Part shown: positions 9,525 to 19,459 of the stretch, in pieces | Layout of the letters: each line of letters opens with the position of its first letter | How positions within the stretch are numbered: the stretch's first letter is position 1 | NCBI GenBank assembly: GCA_963814585.1 | Contig: CAWFDF010000008.1 | Span: forward strand, 544,001-608,000 | Source: an uncultured delta proteobacterium | Lineage (GTDB): Bacteria > Myxococcota > Myxococcia > Myxococcales > Anaeromyxobacteraceae | Length of the DNA stretch: 64,000 bases | Reading direction: 5' to 3' | The notes under the pieces: model-generated | Seen by the model: only the letters and a program-made list of their open reading frames with translations | What the model was told of the DNA's origin: nothing | Databases searched by the model: none | Translations under genes and position numbers: made by a program

Positions 9525-10439
9525 CTAGTTCCGCTCCTGCTCGCCGGCCACGGCGCGGACCACCTCGGCCTCGCCGCCGTCGGTGGCGAGCCGGGTGCCG
9601 GTGGCCCAGTGGGCCCGCCTGAGGTAGCCGAGCCCGAGCCGGCCCTCCGGCGTGGTCGCCGCGCTGGTGACGGCGCCGACCTCGGCGCCGGCGGCGCAGA
9701 GGCGGCTCCCCGGCCCGGCCCCTTCGGGCAGCCGCAGCTGCACCAGCCCGCGCTGGATCTGCCCGCGCGAGGTGGCCCGGACCACCACCTCCTGCCCCGG
9801 GTAGCACCCCTTGGTGAAGCTGACGGCGTCGGCGGTCAGCCCCGCCTCCATGGGCAGCCTGGAGCCGTCCAGCTCGGCCCCCCAGCGCCCCACGCCGCCG
9901 GCGATCCGCAGCGCCTCGAGGTCGGCCTCCTCGAGCGGGGCCGCGCCGCCGGCCACCAGCCCGGCGCGCAGGGCCTCGGCCCGCTCGGCCGGCACCAGCA
10001 GGTCCAGGGCCAGCGCCCCGCGCCGCTTGTTCACCCAGCGCGGCAGGCCGGCGCCGGCGCCCTCGGCGGCCGCAGCCGCGCCCGGGCCGAGCAGCGGCAG
10101 GACGCGCCACGCCGTCGAGCGATCCTCGACGGTGACGTCGTCCATGATGATCATCTTCTCGAGCAGGGCGCGAAACGCCGGCGCCGCCTCCGGATCGACG
10201 TCGAGCAGGATGCCGTCGGGCAGGATGAGCAGCTGCCCCTCGGCCACCAGGTGGCCCTTGGCCGTGAGCAGCGCGAAGTGGGCGGCGCCGCCGGGCGGCA
10301 GGGCGCGAACCTCCTGCGTCAGCATGCGGTGCAGGTAGGCGCGGGCATCGGGGCCGCCGGCGTGGAGCAGGGTGCGGGGTCGGATCGGCCCCACCGCGAG
10401 CCCGCCGTGAGCGGCCCGGAAGTTCTCGAGGAGCGTCAT
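9525..10439 (-). CDS. ygfZ: YgfZ/GcvT-family folate-binding protein
   Basis: GPDARAYLHRMLTQ, LLTAKGH, signature SFTKGCYPGQE; ATG overlaps the upstream stop codon. Confidence 0.88.
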   Translation of the reverse strand: MTLLENFRAAHGGLAVGPIRPRTLLHAGGPDARAYLHRMLTQEVRALPPGGAAHFALLTAKGHLVAEGQLLILPDGILLDVDPEAAPAFRALLEKMIIMDDVTVEDRSTAWRVLPLLGPGAAAAAEGAGAGLPRWVNKRRGALALDLLVPAERAEALRAGLVAGGAAPLEEADLEALRIAGGVGRWGAELDGSRLPMEAGLTADAVSFTKGCYPGQEVVVRATSRGQIQRGLVQLRLPEGAGPGSRLCAAGAEVGAVTSAATTPEGRLGLGYLRRAHWATGTRLATDGGEAEVVRAVAGEQERN

Positions 10440-11374
10440 CGAGGGGGAAGATAACGGCGCCCCCACGCCGCCACAACCGCACCGACGGCCTCCCCCCGCT
10501 GCGCCAGCAGCACCCCCGACAGGACCATCGCGCCGCCGGCCACCAGGCCGGCGCCCAGCGGGTCGCCGAGCAGGGCCCAGGCCAGCGGCGCGGTCAGGAC
10601 CGGCTGCAGATTGGACCAGACGGCCACGCGGCTGGCCTCGGCCCGGCGCAGGGCCCAGTAATAGAGCAGGTAGGAGACGACGCTGGTGACGACCACCAGG
10701 TAGGCGAGGCTCCCCCACCCGGCCGGCGAGAGCCGCTGGAAGGACGCCGCGCCGGAGAGGGCGACTCCGAACGGGAGGTAGACGAGGGTGCCGATGATCA
10801 CCGCCACCCCGGTGGAGACCAGCGCGCCGTGGCGCTCGGCGTACCGCTTGCCACCCACGGCGAAGACCGCCCACGCCACCACCGCCAGCAGCACCAGCAG
10901 GTCGCCCCGCAAGGTCCCGCCGGCGGCCAGGGAGGAGCCGCTCGAGGCGATGACCACCGCCACGCCGGCGAAGGCCAGCGAGATGCCGCCCAGCTTGGGA
11001 AGCGTGGCCGGCTCGGCCAGCTGCCAGCGGGCCAGCAAGAAGACGAAGATGGGGGTGAGCGCGTAGAGCAGCGCGGCGTGGGCGGGCGACGTGTGGGCCA
11101 GCCCGGCCAGGAAGAACCCTTGGTTGATGGGGATGGCCACCACGCCCAGCGCCGCCAGCCCGAGCAGGTCGCGGCGCGGGATCCTGATCTTCGTCCGCGC
11201 CAGCAGGCCCGCGTAGCAGAGAGCGGCGAGGACGAACCGGGCCAGCGCCACCTCCCAGGGCGAGAGCTCGCCCAGCACCCGCTTGGCGGCGAGGTAGGTC
11301 CCGGCCGAGAGGACCGAGTGGAGGAGCATGACCAGGTGGACGGCCACGAGGGGGCGAACCCTACTGCCCTTCAC
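10436..11374 (-). CDS. DMT/EamA family transporter
   Basis: About 10 hydrophobic segments; ARF, GLAHTSPAHAALL, NLQPV. Start uncertain (GTG 11374 or ATG 11329). Confidence 0.88.
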   Translation of the reverse strand: MKGSRVRPLVAVHLVMLLHSVLSAGTYLAAKRVLGELSPWEVALARFVLAALCYAGLLARTKIRIPRRDLLGLAALGVVAIPINQGFFLAGLAHTSPAHAALLYALTPIFVFLLARWQLAEPATLPKLGGISLAFAGVAVVIASSGSSLAAGGTLRGDLLVLLAVVAWAVFAVGGKRYAERHGALVSTGVAVIIGTLVYLPFGVALSGAASFQRLSPAGWGSLAYLVVVTSVVSYLLYYWALRRAEASRVAVWSNLQPVLTAPLAWALLGDPLGAGLVAGGAMVLSGVLLAQRGEAVGAVVAAWGRRYLPPR

Positions 11375-12392
11375 CGAGCCTGGCCATGGCCCAGGCCGCC
11401 GCGGCGCGCACCCCGTCGTGGGGGCTCTGCGCCCAGGCGGCGACCAGCGGCCGCCAGCGCGCCTCGCCGGTGCCGCCGGCCACCAGCAGCGCGTTGCGCA
11501 CCAGGCCGTCGAAGCGGGCCCGCGCCAGCGCGGTGCCGTGGAAGCGCCGGGCGTACCCGGCCTCGGTGAGCCGGAGCAGCGCCTCGATGGGGAGCGCCGC
11601 CTGCCCGTCGCGCGGCCGGAGCTCCGGGTCCGAGCCGGGCGCCACCGCGCCGTTCCACGGGCAGCAGGTCTGGCAGTCGTCACAGCCGAAGACGTGCTTC
11701 CCCAGCCGCTCCGCCATCGCCGGCGGGATGGCCCCGCGCCGCTCGATGGTCCAGAAGGAGAGGCAGCGGCGGGCGTCCACGAAGCCGGGCTCGGGGATGG
11801 CGCCGGTCGGACAGGCCGGCAGGCAGGCCTGGCAGGCACCGCAGCGCTCCTGGTGCGGCGCGTCGGGCTCCAGCTCCCGGTCGAGGAGCAGCGTCGCCAG
11901 CAGCACCCAGGAGCCGTGGCGTGGCGTGATGAGGCAGCCGTTCTTGCCGATCCAGCCCAGGCCGGCGCGCTGCGCCCAGGCCTTCTCCATGATGGGGGCG
12001 ACGTCGGAGGTGGCCAGGCAGCGCAGGCCCGGGTCCCGCGCGGCCAGCTCGGCCGCGAGCCCCTTCAACCTCCGCTTCATCACCGCGTGGTAGTCGCGGC
12101 CGCGGGCGTAGCGCGCCACCTCCCCCTGGTCCGGCAAGGGCGGGGGCGGCTCGGCATCGCGGTAGGAGAGCGCCAGCGCCACCACGCTGCGCACGCCGGG
12201 GAGGAGCCGGGCCGGGTCGAGCCGCTCGGCCCGCTGGGTCCGCAGCCACGCCATGTCGGCCTCCCAGCCCTCGGCCAGGACCCGGTCGAGGGCGGAGGCC
12301 TCGAGCGGCCCGGCCCGGGCCACGCCCACCTCGTGGAACCCGGCCTGGAGGGCCGCCGCCTTGACGAAGGCGCTGTCGAGCGGCGTGGCCAC
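11361..12392 (-). CDS. queG: Epoxyqueuosine reductase
   Basis: VARYARGRDYH, AGLGWIGKN, CGACQACLPACPTGA, FGCDDCQTCCPWN. Confidence 0.93.
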   Translation of the reverse strand: MATPLDSAFVKAAALQAGFHEVGVARAGPLEASALDRVLAEGWEADMAWLRTQRAERLDPARLLPGVRSVVALALSYRDAEPPPPLPDQGEVARYARGRDYHAVMKRRLKGLAAELAARDPGLRCLATSDVAPIMEKAWAQRAGLGWIGKNGCLITPRHGSWVLLATLLLDRELEPDAPHQERCGACQACLPACPTGAIPEPGFVDARRCLSFWTIERRGAIPPAMAERLGKHVFGCDDCQTCCPWNGAVAPGSDPELRPRDGQAALPIEALLRLTEAGYARRFHGTALARARFDGLVRNALLVAGGTGEARWRPLVAAWAQSPHDGVRAAAAWAMARLGEGQ

Positions 12393-12465
12393 GGCGGCGC
12401 ACTCTAGCACCCCGAACCCGGCCAAAAACTCGACGCGATCGATATCGCCCCTAGCATGGCCAGCC

Positions 12466-13323
12466 ATGGCACGAAGGCTCGATCTCCACGCATGGGACCG
12501 CCTCCCCGGGACCGCCCAGCGCGGCCCCGGCTGGGCGCTGGCGCAGGGCGATTGCCTGGCGTCGCTCGAGAGGCTCCCCCCGCACTCGGTCGACCTCTGC
12601 TTCGCCGATCCGCCCTACATGCTCTCCAACGGCGGGACCTCCTGCCAGTCGGGCCGGCGCGTCTCGGTCGACAAGGGGAGCTGGGACGTGTCGCGCGGCG
12701 TGCAGGGCGACCACGCCTTCCAGGCCGGGTGGTTGAAGGCGGTCCGCCGCGTCCTCAAGCCCTCCGGCACGCTCTGGGTCTCGGGCACCCAGCACGTCAT
12801 CTTCTCGATCGGCTTCGCCATGCAGGAGCTCGGCTACCACCTGCTCAACACCGTCACCTGGTACAAGCCCAACGCCTCGCCCAACCTGGCCTGCCGGATG
12901 TTCACGCACTCCACCGAGATCCTGCTGTGGGCCAGCCCCGCCAGGTCGAAGCCGCTGGCCCACCGCTTCAACTACCGGGCGATGAAGCAGGAGAACGGCG
13001 GCAAGCAGATGCGCGACCTCTGGGCCATCACCGAGCAGCCGGTGCCGGGCGGTGAGCAGGTGGTCTGGCCGCTGCCGACGCCGAGCCCGCGAGAGAAGAC
13101 GCACGGGCGCCACCCCACGCAGAAGCCCATCGCCCTGCTCGACCGGGTGGTGGCCGCCAGCGCCCAGCCCGGCGACCTGGTGCTCGACCCCTTCTGCGGC
13201 TCCGGGACCACCGGCGTGGCGGCCGTCCGGGCCGGCTGCCGCTTCCTCGGCCTGGAACGTGACGGGGAGTACGTCGACCTGGCGGCCCGCCGTCTCCGCG
13301 CCACCGAGCCCGGGGCGCGTTGA
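12466..13323 (+). CDS. DNA amino-methyltransferase (N6-A/N4-C, beta class), orphan
   Basis: FADPPY precedes HPTQKP and DPFCGSGTT; no endonuclease gene adjacent. Confidence 0.92.
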   Translation: MARRLDLHAWDRLPGTAQRGPGWALAQGDCLASLERLPPHSVDLCFADPPYMLSNGGTSCQSGRRVSVDKGSWDVSRGVQGDHAFQAGWLKAVRRVLKPSGTLWVSGTQHVIFSIGFAMQELGYHLLNTVTWYKPNASPNLACRMFTHSTEILLWASPARSKPLAHRFNYRAMKQENGGKQMRDLWAITEQPVPGGEQVVWPLPTPSPREKTHGRHPTQKPIALLDRVVAASAQPGDLVLDPFCGSGTTGVAAVRAGCRFLGLERDGEYVDLAARRLRATEPGAR

Positions 13324-13389
13324 GCCGCCGGTCCCCGGCCCCCGCGCCGGCGCTTCCCCGCCCCCGGCCCGCGTGGTACAGCCACTCGC

Positions 13390-14438
13390 GTGAGAGGCCA
13401 GCCCCCCCGCCATCCCGATGATCCGAAGGCGGAGCTCTCCGAGCTGGAGGGGACCATCGCCGACGCCTCGGCGCTGCAGCCCGGCGATCGGCTGGTGTAC
13501 CCGGCGCAGGGCGTCTGCGTCGTGGTCGGCCCGGAGATCCAGGAGATCGCCGGCCAGCGGCTCGAGATGGTCCGGATGCGGCGCGAGGAGGACGGCGCCG
13601 CGGTCCTCGTCCCGCGCGGCAAGGTCGCCTCCGTCGGGCTGCGCCGGGTCGCCTCGGCCGAGCTCATGGAGGGGGTCTTCCACTACCTCGCCGCCGACCT
13701 CGCCGACCCCGAGCTCAACTGGAAGATCCGCCACCGGGACAACGCCGACAGGATGGTGGCGGGTGGCGTCCTCGGCATCGCCGAGGTGGTCAAGGGGCTC
13801 CACGCCCTCTCCCGCCTCCGGCCACTCCCCACCAAGGAGCGCGGCCAGTTCGACAACGCCCGCCACCTGCTGGTCGCCGAGGTGGCCGCCTCGCTCGGCG
13901 TGCTGCCCGGCCTGGCCGAGGACTTCGTCGACTTCGCCTTGATGCCGCCGGCCGGCACCCGCTTCAAGCTGAAGCCGCCGCCCAAGCCGATCCTGCTGCC
14001 GAGCCGCCCGCCGCGCCGCCGCATCGTGGTCGAGGAGGAGGGTGACGGGCTCGATGACCTCGGGCTCGAGGAGCTGGGGATCGAGGGGCTCGGCGAGGAG
14101 GCCGTCGGCGAAGGCGCGGCCGAGGCGACCGGCGACGGCACCGGGGCCGAGCCCGGTGAGGAGGCGGCCGTGGCCGCCCCGCCCGCGCCGACTCCGCTCA
14201 AGCTGGTGCCGGCGCTGGCGGCCGCGGTGAAGGCCGCGGCCGGCTCGGCGGTGGCACGGACGGCGCCGAAGAAGCTCCCGGCACCGAGGAAGTCGGCACG
14301 GCCGGCCGGCAAGAAGGCCGGCGGCAAGAAGGCCGGCAAGGCCGCTGGCAGACCCGCCAGCAAGACCGCGGCCAGGAAGAAGGCCAGCGGCAGGGCGGCC
14401 GGCAAGCCGGCCGCCACGAGGGGGGGAAGAAGAAGTGA
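13390..14438 (+). CDS. carD: CarD with N-terminal CarD/TRCF domain, acidic linker and histone-H1-like K/A tail (probable 1-nt deletion in G7 run 14420-14426)
   Basis: PGDRLVYPAQGVC, VGLRRV, NWKIRHR, LLVAEVA; acidic EEEGDGLDDLGLEE; KKAGGKKAGKAA tail. One added G gives GGKKK-TGA overlapping the next gene's GTG. Confidence 0.85.
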
Positions 14439-14977
14439 TCCGGCTCGCCACCCTCGCCCCGCTCGACCCCGCCGACACCGTCGCGCTGGTGAAGTCGCTT
14501 CGCGCCACCTTCGGCCTCGGCACCGAGCACGCCGGCGAGCTCCGCCTGCCGAAGGGCGGCGCCAAGGACGGCTCCTGGGACGCCGCCGAGCTCCTCGCCG
14601 CCGCCGGACCGGTCCGGGCCGTGGCGGACGACAAGATCCTCTTCATCACCGAGGCACCGCTCTCACTGGCCGCCGGACCGCTCGGCGCTCCTCCCAGCTG
14701 GGGCTTCGCCCACTACGGCGGGGACCGCGCCATCCTGACCCTGGCCCGGCTCCCATCGCGCGGCGTGACCGAGGCCTCGATCGAGGCCTGGCGCCGCCGC
14801 CTGGCGCGCGAGGCGGTGCACGTCATCGGCCACCTCTGGGACCTCCACCACTGCTACGACGCCCGCTGCGCCATGCACCCGTCGTGGTCGCCGCACCTCG
14901 GGCCGACGCCCGACTCCAGCCTCTGCACCTTCTGCCGCGAGAAGAGCGAGCGGAAGATCCGGCTCGCCAAGACCTGA
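14435..14977 (+). CDS. carG: CarG-like zinc protein (archaemetzincin fold, no catalytic Glu)
   Basis: HVIGHLWDLHHC-x4-CAM-x16-CTFC; lies directly after carD. Confidence 0.82.
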   Translation: MIRLATLAPLDPADTVALVKSLRATFGLGTEHAGELRLPKGGAKDGSWDAAELLAAAGPVRAVADDKILFITEAPLSLAAGPLGAPPSWGFAHYGGDRAILTLARLPSRGVTEASIEAWRRRLAREAVHVIGHLWDLHHCYDARCAMHPSWSPHLGPTPDSSLCTFCREKSERKIRLAKT

Positions 14978-14986
14978 TCCGCGTCC

Positions 14987-15883
14987 ATGGCGGCACGCCA
15001 TCTCGCCGAGCTCCTGGCCCACCTGCGCGACGACCTGCGGTCGCAGGTTCGCGGCTGGGGGGGGAGTGGGCGCGAGTGGCTGCGGCGGACCCCGGCGGCG
15101 CGAGCACCCCGACGCCAGCTCGCGGCCCAGGGGCTCGCGATCGGGCTCGGCGTGCTGGGACTCGCCTCGCTCGACGCCCGGGAGCGTCTCGCCGATCGCC
15201 TCCCCACCTCGCGCGACTGGCGCGCCCTCACGGCGCTGCTGGAGCGCGACGCCCGGCCCGGCGACCTGGTCGCCATTCTGCCGCCGTGGCTGGAGCGGGC
15301 CCGCGCCCACGTGCCGTCTCGCCTGCCGGTGCTGGCCACCAGCGCCCTCGACGCCGAGTGGCTCCCCGGCGTCCGGCGGGTCTGGCTGGTGGCGGCGAGC
15401 GCGGTCACCACGGCCGGTCCGCGGCCCCCGCTGGAGGGCCGCGTCGCGGTCACCGACGCTCAGCAGGTCGGACGGCTGCGGGTGACCCGTCTCGAGCTGG
15501 CCGCGCCGGTGCTCCCGGTCGCCTCGCTGGCGGAGCGGGGCGGCACGGAGGCCCGCTGGCGCGAGGTCCACGGCATCCCGCGCCGCTGCCTGGAGCTGGC
15601 CGGCGGGTCCGGCACGCCGGCCAGCCTGAGCTGGCCGCGCCTCGTGCTCGGCAGCGCCCTGGCCGGCCACGCGGCCCTGCTGCCGGCGTCGGCCGGCCGG
15701 GCCAGCCTGCGGTTCCGCCTCGACGACGGCCCGCCCGTGACGATCGAGGTGACTTCGCGCGGCGGCTGGCAGCCCTTCCGGATCGACACGGTTCGCTTCG
15801 CCGCCACGTCACGATCCGTGACGGTCGAGGCGGAGACGCCACCCGGCGCCGCCCTCTGCATCGAGGCGCTGGTCCTGCCATGA
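14987..15883 (+). CDS. Hypothetical membrane-anchored protein
   Basis: GC3-biased ORF in the operon; one hydrophobic segment; stop overlaps the next ATG (ATGA). Confidence 0.7.
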   Translation: MAARHLAELLAHLRDDLRSQVRGWGGSGREWLRRTPAARAPRRQLAAQGLAIGLGVLGLASLDARERLADRLPTSRDWRALTALLERDARPGDLVAILPPWLERARAHVPSRLPVLATSALDAEWLPGVRRVWLVAASAVTTAGPRPPLEGRVAVTDAQQVGRLRVTRLELAAPVLPVASLAERGGTEARWREVHGIPRRCLELAGGSGTPASLSWPRLVLGSALAGHAALLPASAGRASLRFRLDDGPPVTIEVTSRGGWQPFRIDTVRFAATSRSVTVEAETPPGAALCIEALVLP

Positions 15884-17475
15884 TCGGGCGCGGCCGCATC
15901 GCCCTCGGCTGGGGCGCCGTGGCCTTCGCCGCGAGCCTGGCGCTCTCCGGCGCCCCGGGCATCTCGACCGGCGAGGCGGCCATGCAGTCGGCCGGCATCC
16001 GGGTCGCCGGGTGGCTGGTGGCGGCGCCTCGCCACCCGGCCGGGAGCCTCGGGGGCCTGTCCGAGATCTCCTCGGAGCGTGGGCGGCCGCTGCTGGCCGA
16101 GACGTTCCATGGCTTCGCCGGCGCCGGCGGCGAGCGGCTCGGGCTCGGCCCCATCCGCGGGCCGCGGCTGGGCGCGGCGCTGGTGGCCGGCGTGCTCGCC
16201 GCCGCGCTGGCGATGGGCGGCTTCGCGCTCGGCGGCGCGCCGGCGGCGTTGCTGGCGCCGGCGATCTTCTGGTTCACGCCCCGCACCCTCTCGCTCGGCC
16301 TGCTCGCCACGCCCGACCTGCTCGGCGCCTTGCTGTGGCTGGTCGCGGTGCAAGCCTTCGGCCGCGCGCTCTCGGAGACCACGCGCCTGGCCCGGACCCG
16401 CGCCGGCCTCTGGTGCGGCTGCCTCTGCGCCGCCGCCGCCGCCGTGAGGCCGGACCTCGCGGCGCTCTGGCTGGTGCTGGTCGCCCACTGGGGCCTGGGG
16501 CGGCTCCACCTGGGCTGGCTGGCCCGCCACAACCACCCCACCCCCGAGCCAGCTGGCGACTGGGCCGCCCGGCTCCGGCGAGTCCCGACGGCCATCGGGG
16601 CGGCGCTCCTGCTCATCCCGGCGGCGGTGCTGGCCTGCTGGCCGAGCCACTGGAGCGCGCCGCTCCATGGCGCCGGGGCGCTGCTGGCGACCGCCGGCTG
16701 GGGCCTGCCCCCGCCCCTCGTCAACCCGGCGCTCCTCGCCCTGGCCGCCCTGCCGGCGCCGACCGTGGCCCTGCTGGCGCTCGGGGCCGGCCACGCCGCG
16801 CTCCGGTTGTCACGGGCCCTGCGACGCCGTGACGGCACGGTGGCCTGGCAGGAGACGCTCTGGCTGCTGGCCGGGCTGATCCCGCTCCTGCTCGCTGCCG
16901 TCGGCGTCTCCCCGCGGCTCCCGGGGCTGGCGCCGGTGGTCCAGGCGCTGCCGCCGCTGGCGCTGCTCTCGGCCCGGGCGCTGGGGTCGCTGGCGGAGGC
17001 CGCCTGGCCGGCGCGGCGGCTGGCCCTGACCGGCACGCTGGCCATCTTTGTCGTCTACCCCGGGCTCCGGGCCACGGCGACCACCTTCCCGAACGGAGCT
17101 TCGGCCTGGGGCGAGCCGCTCGGAGGTGCCGCCGGGGCGGCGTGGCGTGGCTGGCCTCCCCAGGACGGCGGCGAGGCGGTGCGCGGCCTGCTGGAGGCCC
17201 TGACGCTCCACGCGGTGCCGGGGGCCCGGATCCGCTGGATCGGCGCAGCCCCCTTCGCCATCGAGCGGTACCGGCGGGCGGGGCTGCTGCGCGCCGACCT
17301 GGTCGACGCCACCTCCGTGGCCGAGGCCGATCTGGCGGTGGTGGCGCGCGGCGGCGCTCGGGACGAGGAGTACGAGGCCTGGACCGCCTTCGGCGCCACG
17401 CGGGTCGTCGACGGCCTCTTCCTCGACGAGGTAGCGCTGGTCCTGATCCAGGCCCGACCCGGGGCCTGGCGCTGA
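15880..17475 (+). CDS. Polytopic membrane protein, possibly a GT-C (ArnT/PMT-like) glycosyltransferase
   Basis: 3' part of ORF 13390..17475 from MIGRGRIA; many TM segments, LLATPD motif, soluble C-terminal domain. Confidence 0.65.
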   Translation: MIGRGRIALGWGAVAFAASLALSGAPGISTGEAAMQSAGIRVAGWLVAAPRHPAGSLGGLSEISSERGRPLLAETFHGFAGAGGERLGLGPIRGPRLGAALVAGVLAAALAMGGFALGGAPAALLAPAIFWFTPRTLSLGLLATPDLLGALLWLVAVQAFGRALSETTRLARTRAGLWCGCLCAAAAAVRPDLAALWLVLVAHWGLGRLHLGWLARHNHPTPEPAGDWAARLRRVPTAIGAALLLIPAAVLACWPSHWSAPLHGAGALLATAGWGLPPPLVNPALLALAALPAPTVALLALGAGHAALRLSRALRRRDGTVAWQETLWLLAGLIPLLLAAVGVSPRLPGLAPVVQALPPLALLSARALGSLAEAAWPARRLALTGTLAIFVVYPGLRATATTFPNGASAWGEPLGGAAGAAWRGWPPQDGGEAVRGLLEALTLHAVPGARIRWIGAAPFAIERYRRAGLLRADLVDATSVAEADLAVVARGGARDEEYEAWTAFGATRVVDGLFLDEVALVLIQARPGAWR

Positions 17476-17576
17476 GGCGCCGCCCTCCTGTTCCCCGGTG
17501 GCGGCTGCTAGGATGCGCCACGGCGCTGGCGCTCGCCGGGGTGTGGTCGGCGATCGGCACGGCCGAGAGGTGACAC

Positions 17577-18023
17577 GTGATCCTGCTGCTCTCGCTCGGC
17601 AACGGCTCTCGCGGCGACGATGGCGTCGGCCTGGCGCTCGGGCGCGCCCTGGTGGCGCGGATGCCGCCCGGCTCGCACATGATGGTGGAGGCGGTGCAGC
17701 TGCAGCCCGAGCACGCCGAGCAGGCGGCGCGCGCCGACGCGGTGGTCTTCCTCGACGCGGCGGTCTCCGGGGCACCGGGCGAGGTCCGCGCCAACCAGGT
17801 CACCTCCCGCGCGCCGCGAGCCGCGCTGCTCCACGCCCTGACCCCGGAGGAGATCCTCGGGCTGGCGCGCACCACCTACGGGAACGCGCCGCAGGGGCTG
17901 CTGGTCACGGTGGGCGGCAAGGACTTCTCCTTCGTCGAGCGGCTCTCGACCGAGGCGGAGGCGGCGCTGCCGGAGGCGGTGGAGAAGGCGCTGTCCTGGC
18001 TGGCGCCGTACCTGGCGCGGTAG
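17577..18023 (+). CDS. Hydrogenase maturation protease family (A31)
   Basis: LGNGSRGDDGVG, QLQPE, VVFLDAA, HALTPE. Confidence 0.85.
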   Translation: MILLLSLGNGSRGDDGVGLALGRALVARMPPGSHMMVEAVQLQPEHAEQAARADAVVFLDAAVSGAPGEVRANQVTSRAPRAALLHALTPEEILGLARTTYGNAPQGLLVTVGGKDFSFVERLSTEAEAALPEAVEKALSWLAPYLAR

Positions 18024-18093
18024 AGGCGCGCCCCAGGCACACCCCTTTCGGCGCATGCGTTCCGGTTCGCCCTTCGGCGGCAGGGGACGCGGC

Positions 18094-18121
18094 TTGACGA
18101 TGTCCTTCCCGGTCATATGTT
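18094..18121 (+). promoter_or_regulatory. Sigma70-like promoter of ssrA
   Basis: TTGACG-16 nt-TATGTT upstream of the tmRNA. Confidence 0.55.
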
Positions 18122-18146
18122 GGTATGTGATGCCGCAGTTCGTCAT

Positions 18147-18495
<349 letters not shown>

Positions 18496-18502
18496 TCTGT
18501 AA

Positions 18503-18640
18503 CTACTCGACCTCACTCGGCTTCGTCAGGCCGGGTGGGGTCGTCTCCATCAGGTCTCCAACGGGACCGTCCTCCGCCGCCGTCCGGTCGAGGAGCCGGA
18601 TGGCGGCGTCCTTGTGGGCCGGCGACAGGTGCATGGACAT
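18503..18640 (-). pseudogene. C-terminal remnant of a tyrosine integrase
   Basis: MSMHLSPAHKDAAIRLLDR...GDLMET resembles the post-catalytic tail RYxHLSP...AIRLLD; abuts the ssrA 3' end; rest of the gene is absent. Confidence 0.6.
18511..18540 (+). terminator. Hairpin after the tmRNA
   Basis: CCTCACTCGGC pairs with GCCGGGTGGGG (includes G.U pairs). Confidence 0.55.
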
Positions 18641-18737
18641 CATGGCGAAGGACCTCCCGCCCCTCATCGGCCAGCTGGAAGGTCTCTTGTCGGGCGCTCC
18701 TCGGTAGCGACCGTCTCCAGGATGTCTCCAGTCTCCA
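18543..18737. repeat. Five GTCTCCA direct repeats in two clusters
   Basis: Copies at 18543, 18554, 18713, 18724 and 18731; both clusters contain a pair with 11-bp periodicity. Confidence 0.75.
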
Positions 18738-19101
18738 GGCTGCCCCTTGTCGACTCGGGTCGTCTCCCGTTGACGACGCCAGGAACCCCGACCTACCGCC
18801 AGTGAACGCCATTCCGCCGGGAGGCCTGCCCAGTCGCCCGGTTGGTTGCTCGCTTACGGTCACTTTCGATCCCCGGCACCTCCATTGGCCTGGCCCCGCG
18901 GTGTTGCGGGGCCCCTCATCCCGGCTCACCAGGCGCTCCACGGCCGGGACCGCCAACTTCCGGTGAACCTCTGCCGCCGGAGTGGGCTGCCGCGTCCAGG
19001 CGCTGCTGCGCCAGGGCCGGGCGGATGGACGCACTCCGGCGTGGGCGCGCCCCGTGGTCGAGGGACTGCCACCAGGTCGTGGAACGCCCTACACTGACTT
19101 C

Positions 19102-19374
19102 ATGAACGTCGTGGAGCTGAAGGCCCTGGCGCAGGCGGCCGAAGCGCTCTCGGGAGCTGCCGCGGGTCTTCACGGCCACGCGGAGGTCGCCGCGTACAAC
19201 AACCTCGTCTCCCGCTTCCGCGAGCGGGTCACCAGGGCGCTCAACAGGCTGACGCTCGGGCAGGTCGTCGAGCCCGAGCTGACGGACGAGCTGTGGCTCA
19301 TGGCCAGGGAACTGCCGGCCGCGCGGCGCAGCGCCGAGGCCGTCGCTCAGCGCGATCCGGCCCTGGCCGAGTAG
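19102..19374 (+). CDS. Small hypothetical helical protein (90 aa)
   Basis: MNVVELKALAQ...; GC3-biased codons. Confidence 0.6.
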   Translation: MNVVELKALAQAAEALSGAAAGLHGHAEVAAYNNLVSRFRERVTRALNRLTLGQVVEPELTDELWLMARELPAARRSAEAVAQRDPALAE

Positions 19375-19459
19375 ACGCCCTTGGCCACGAGCTGGACCCG
19401 CTGCTCGGCGAGCGGATCCTCAGCAGGCTTCGGGGGGACCGAACCGGCGGCCGGCGCAG

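Noticed and set aside
12466..13323. Restriction-modification or defence island
   Set aside because: No nuclease or other defence genes adjacent; the flanks are housekeeping genes.
13390..17475. 1361-aa CarD-membrane protein fusion
   Set aside because: The middle part is off-frame low-complexity text overlapping two better genes; one indel in the G7 run explains it.
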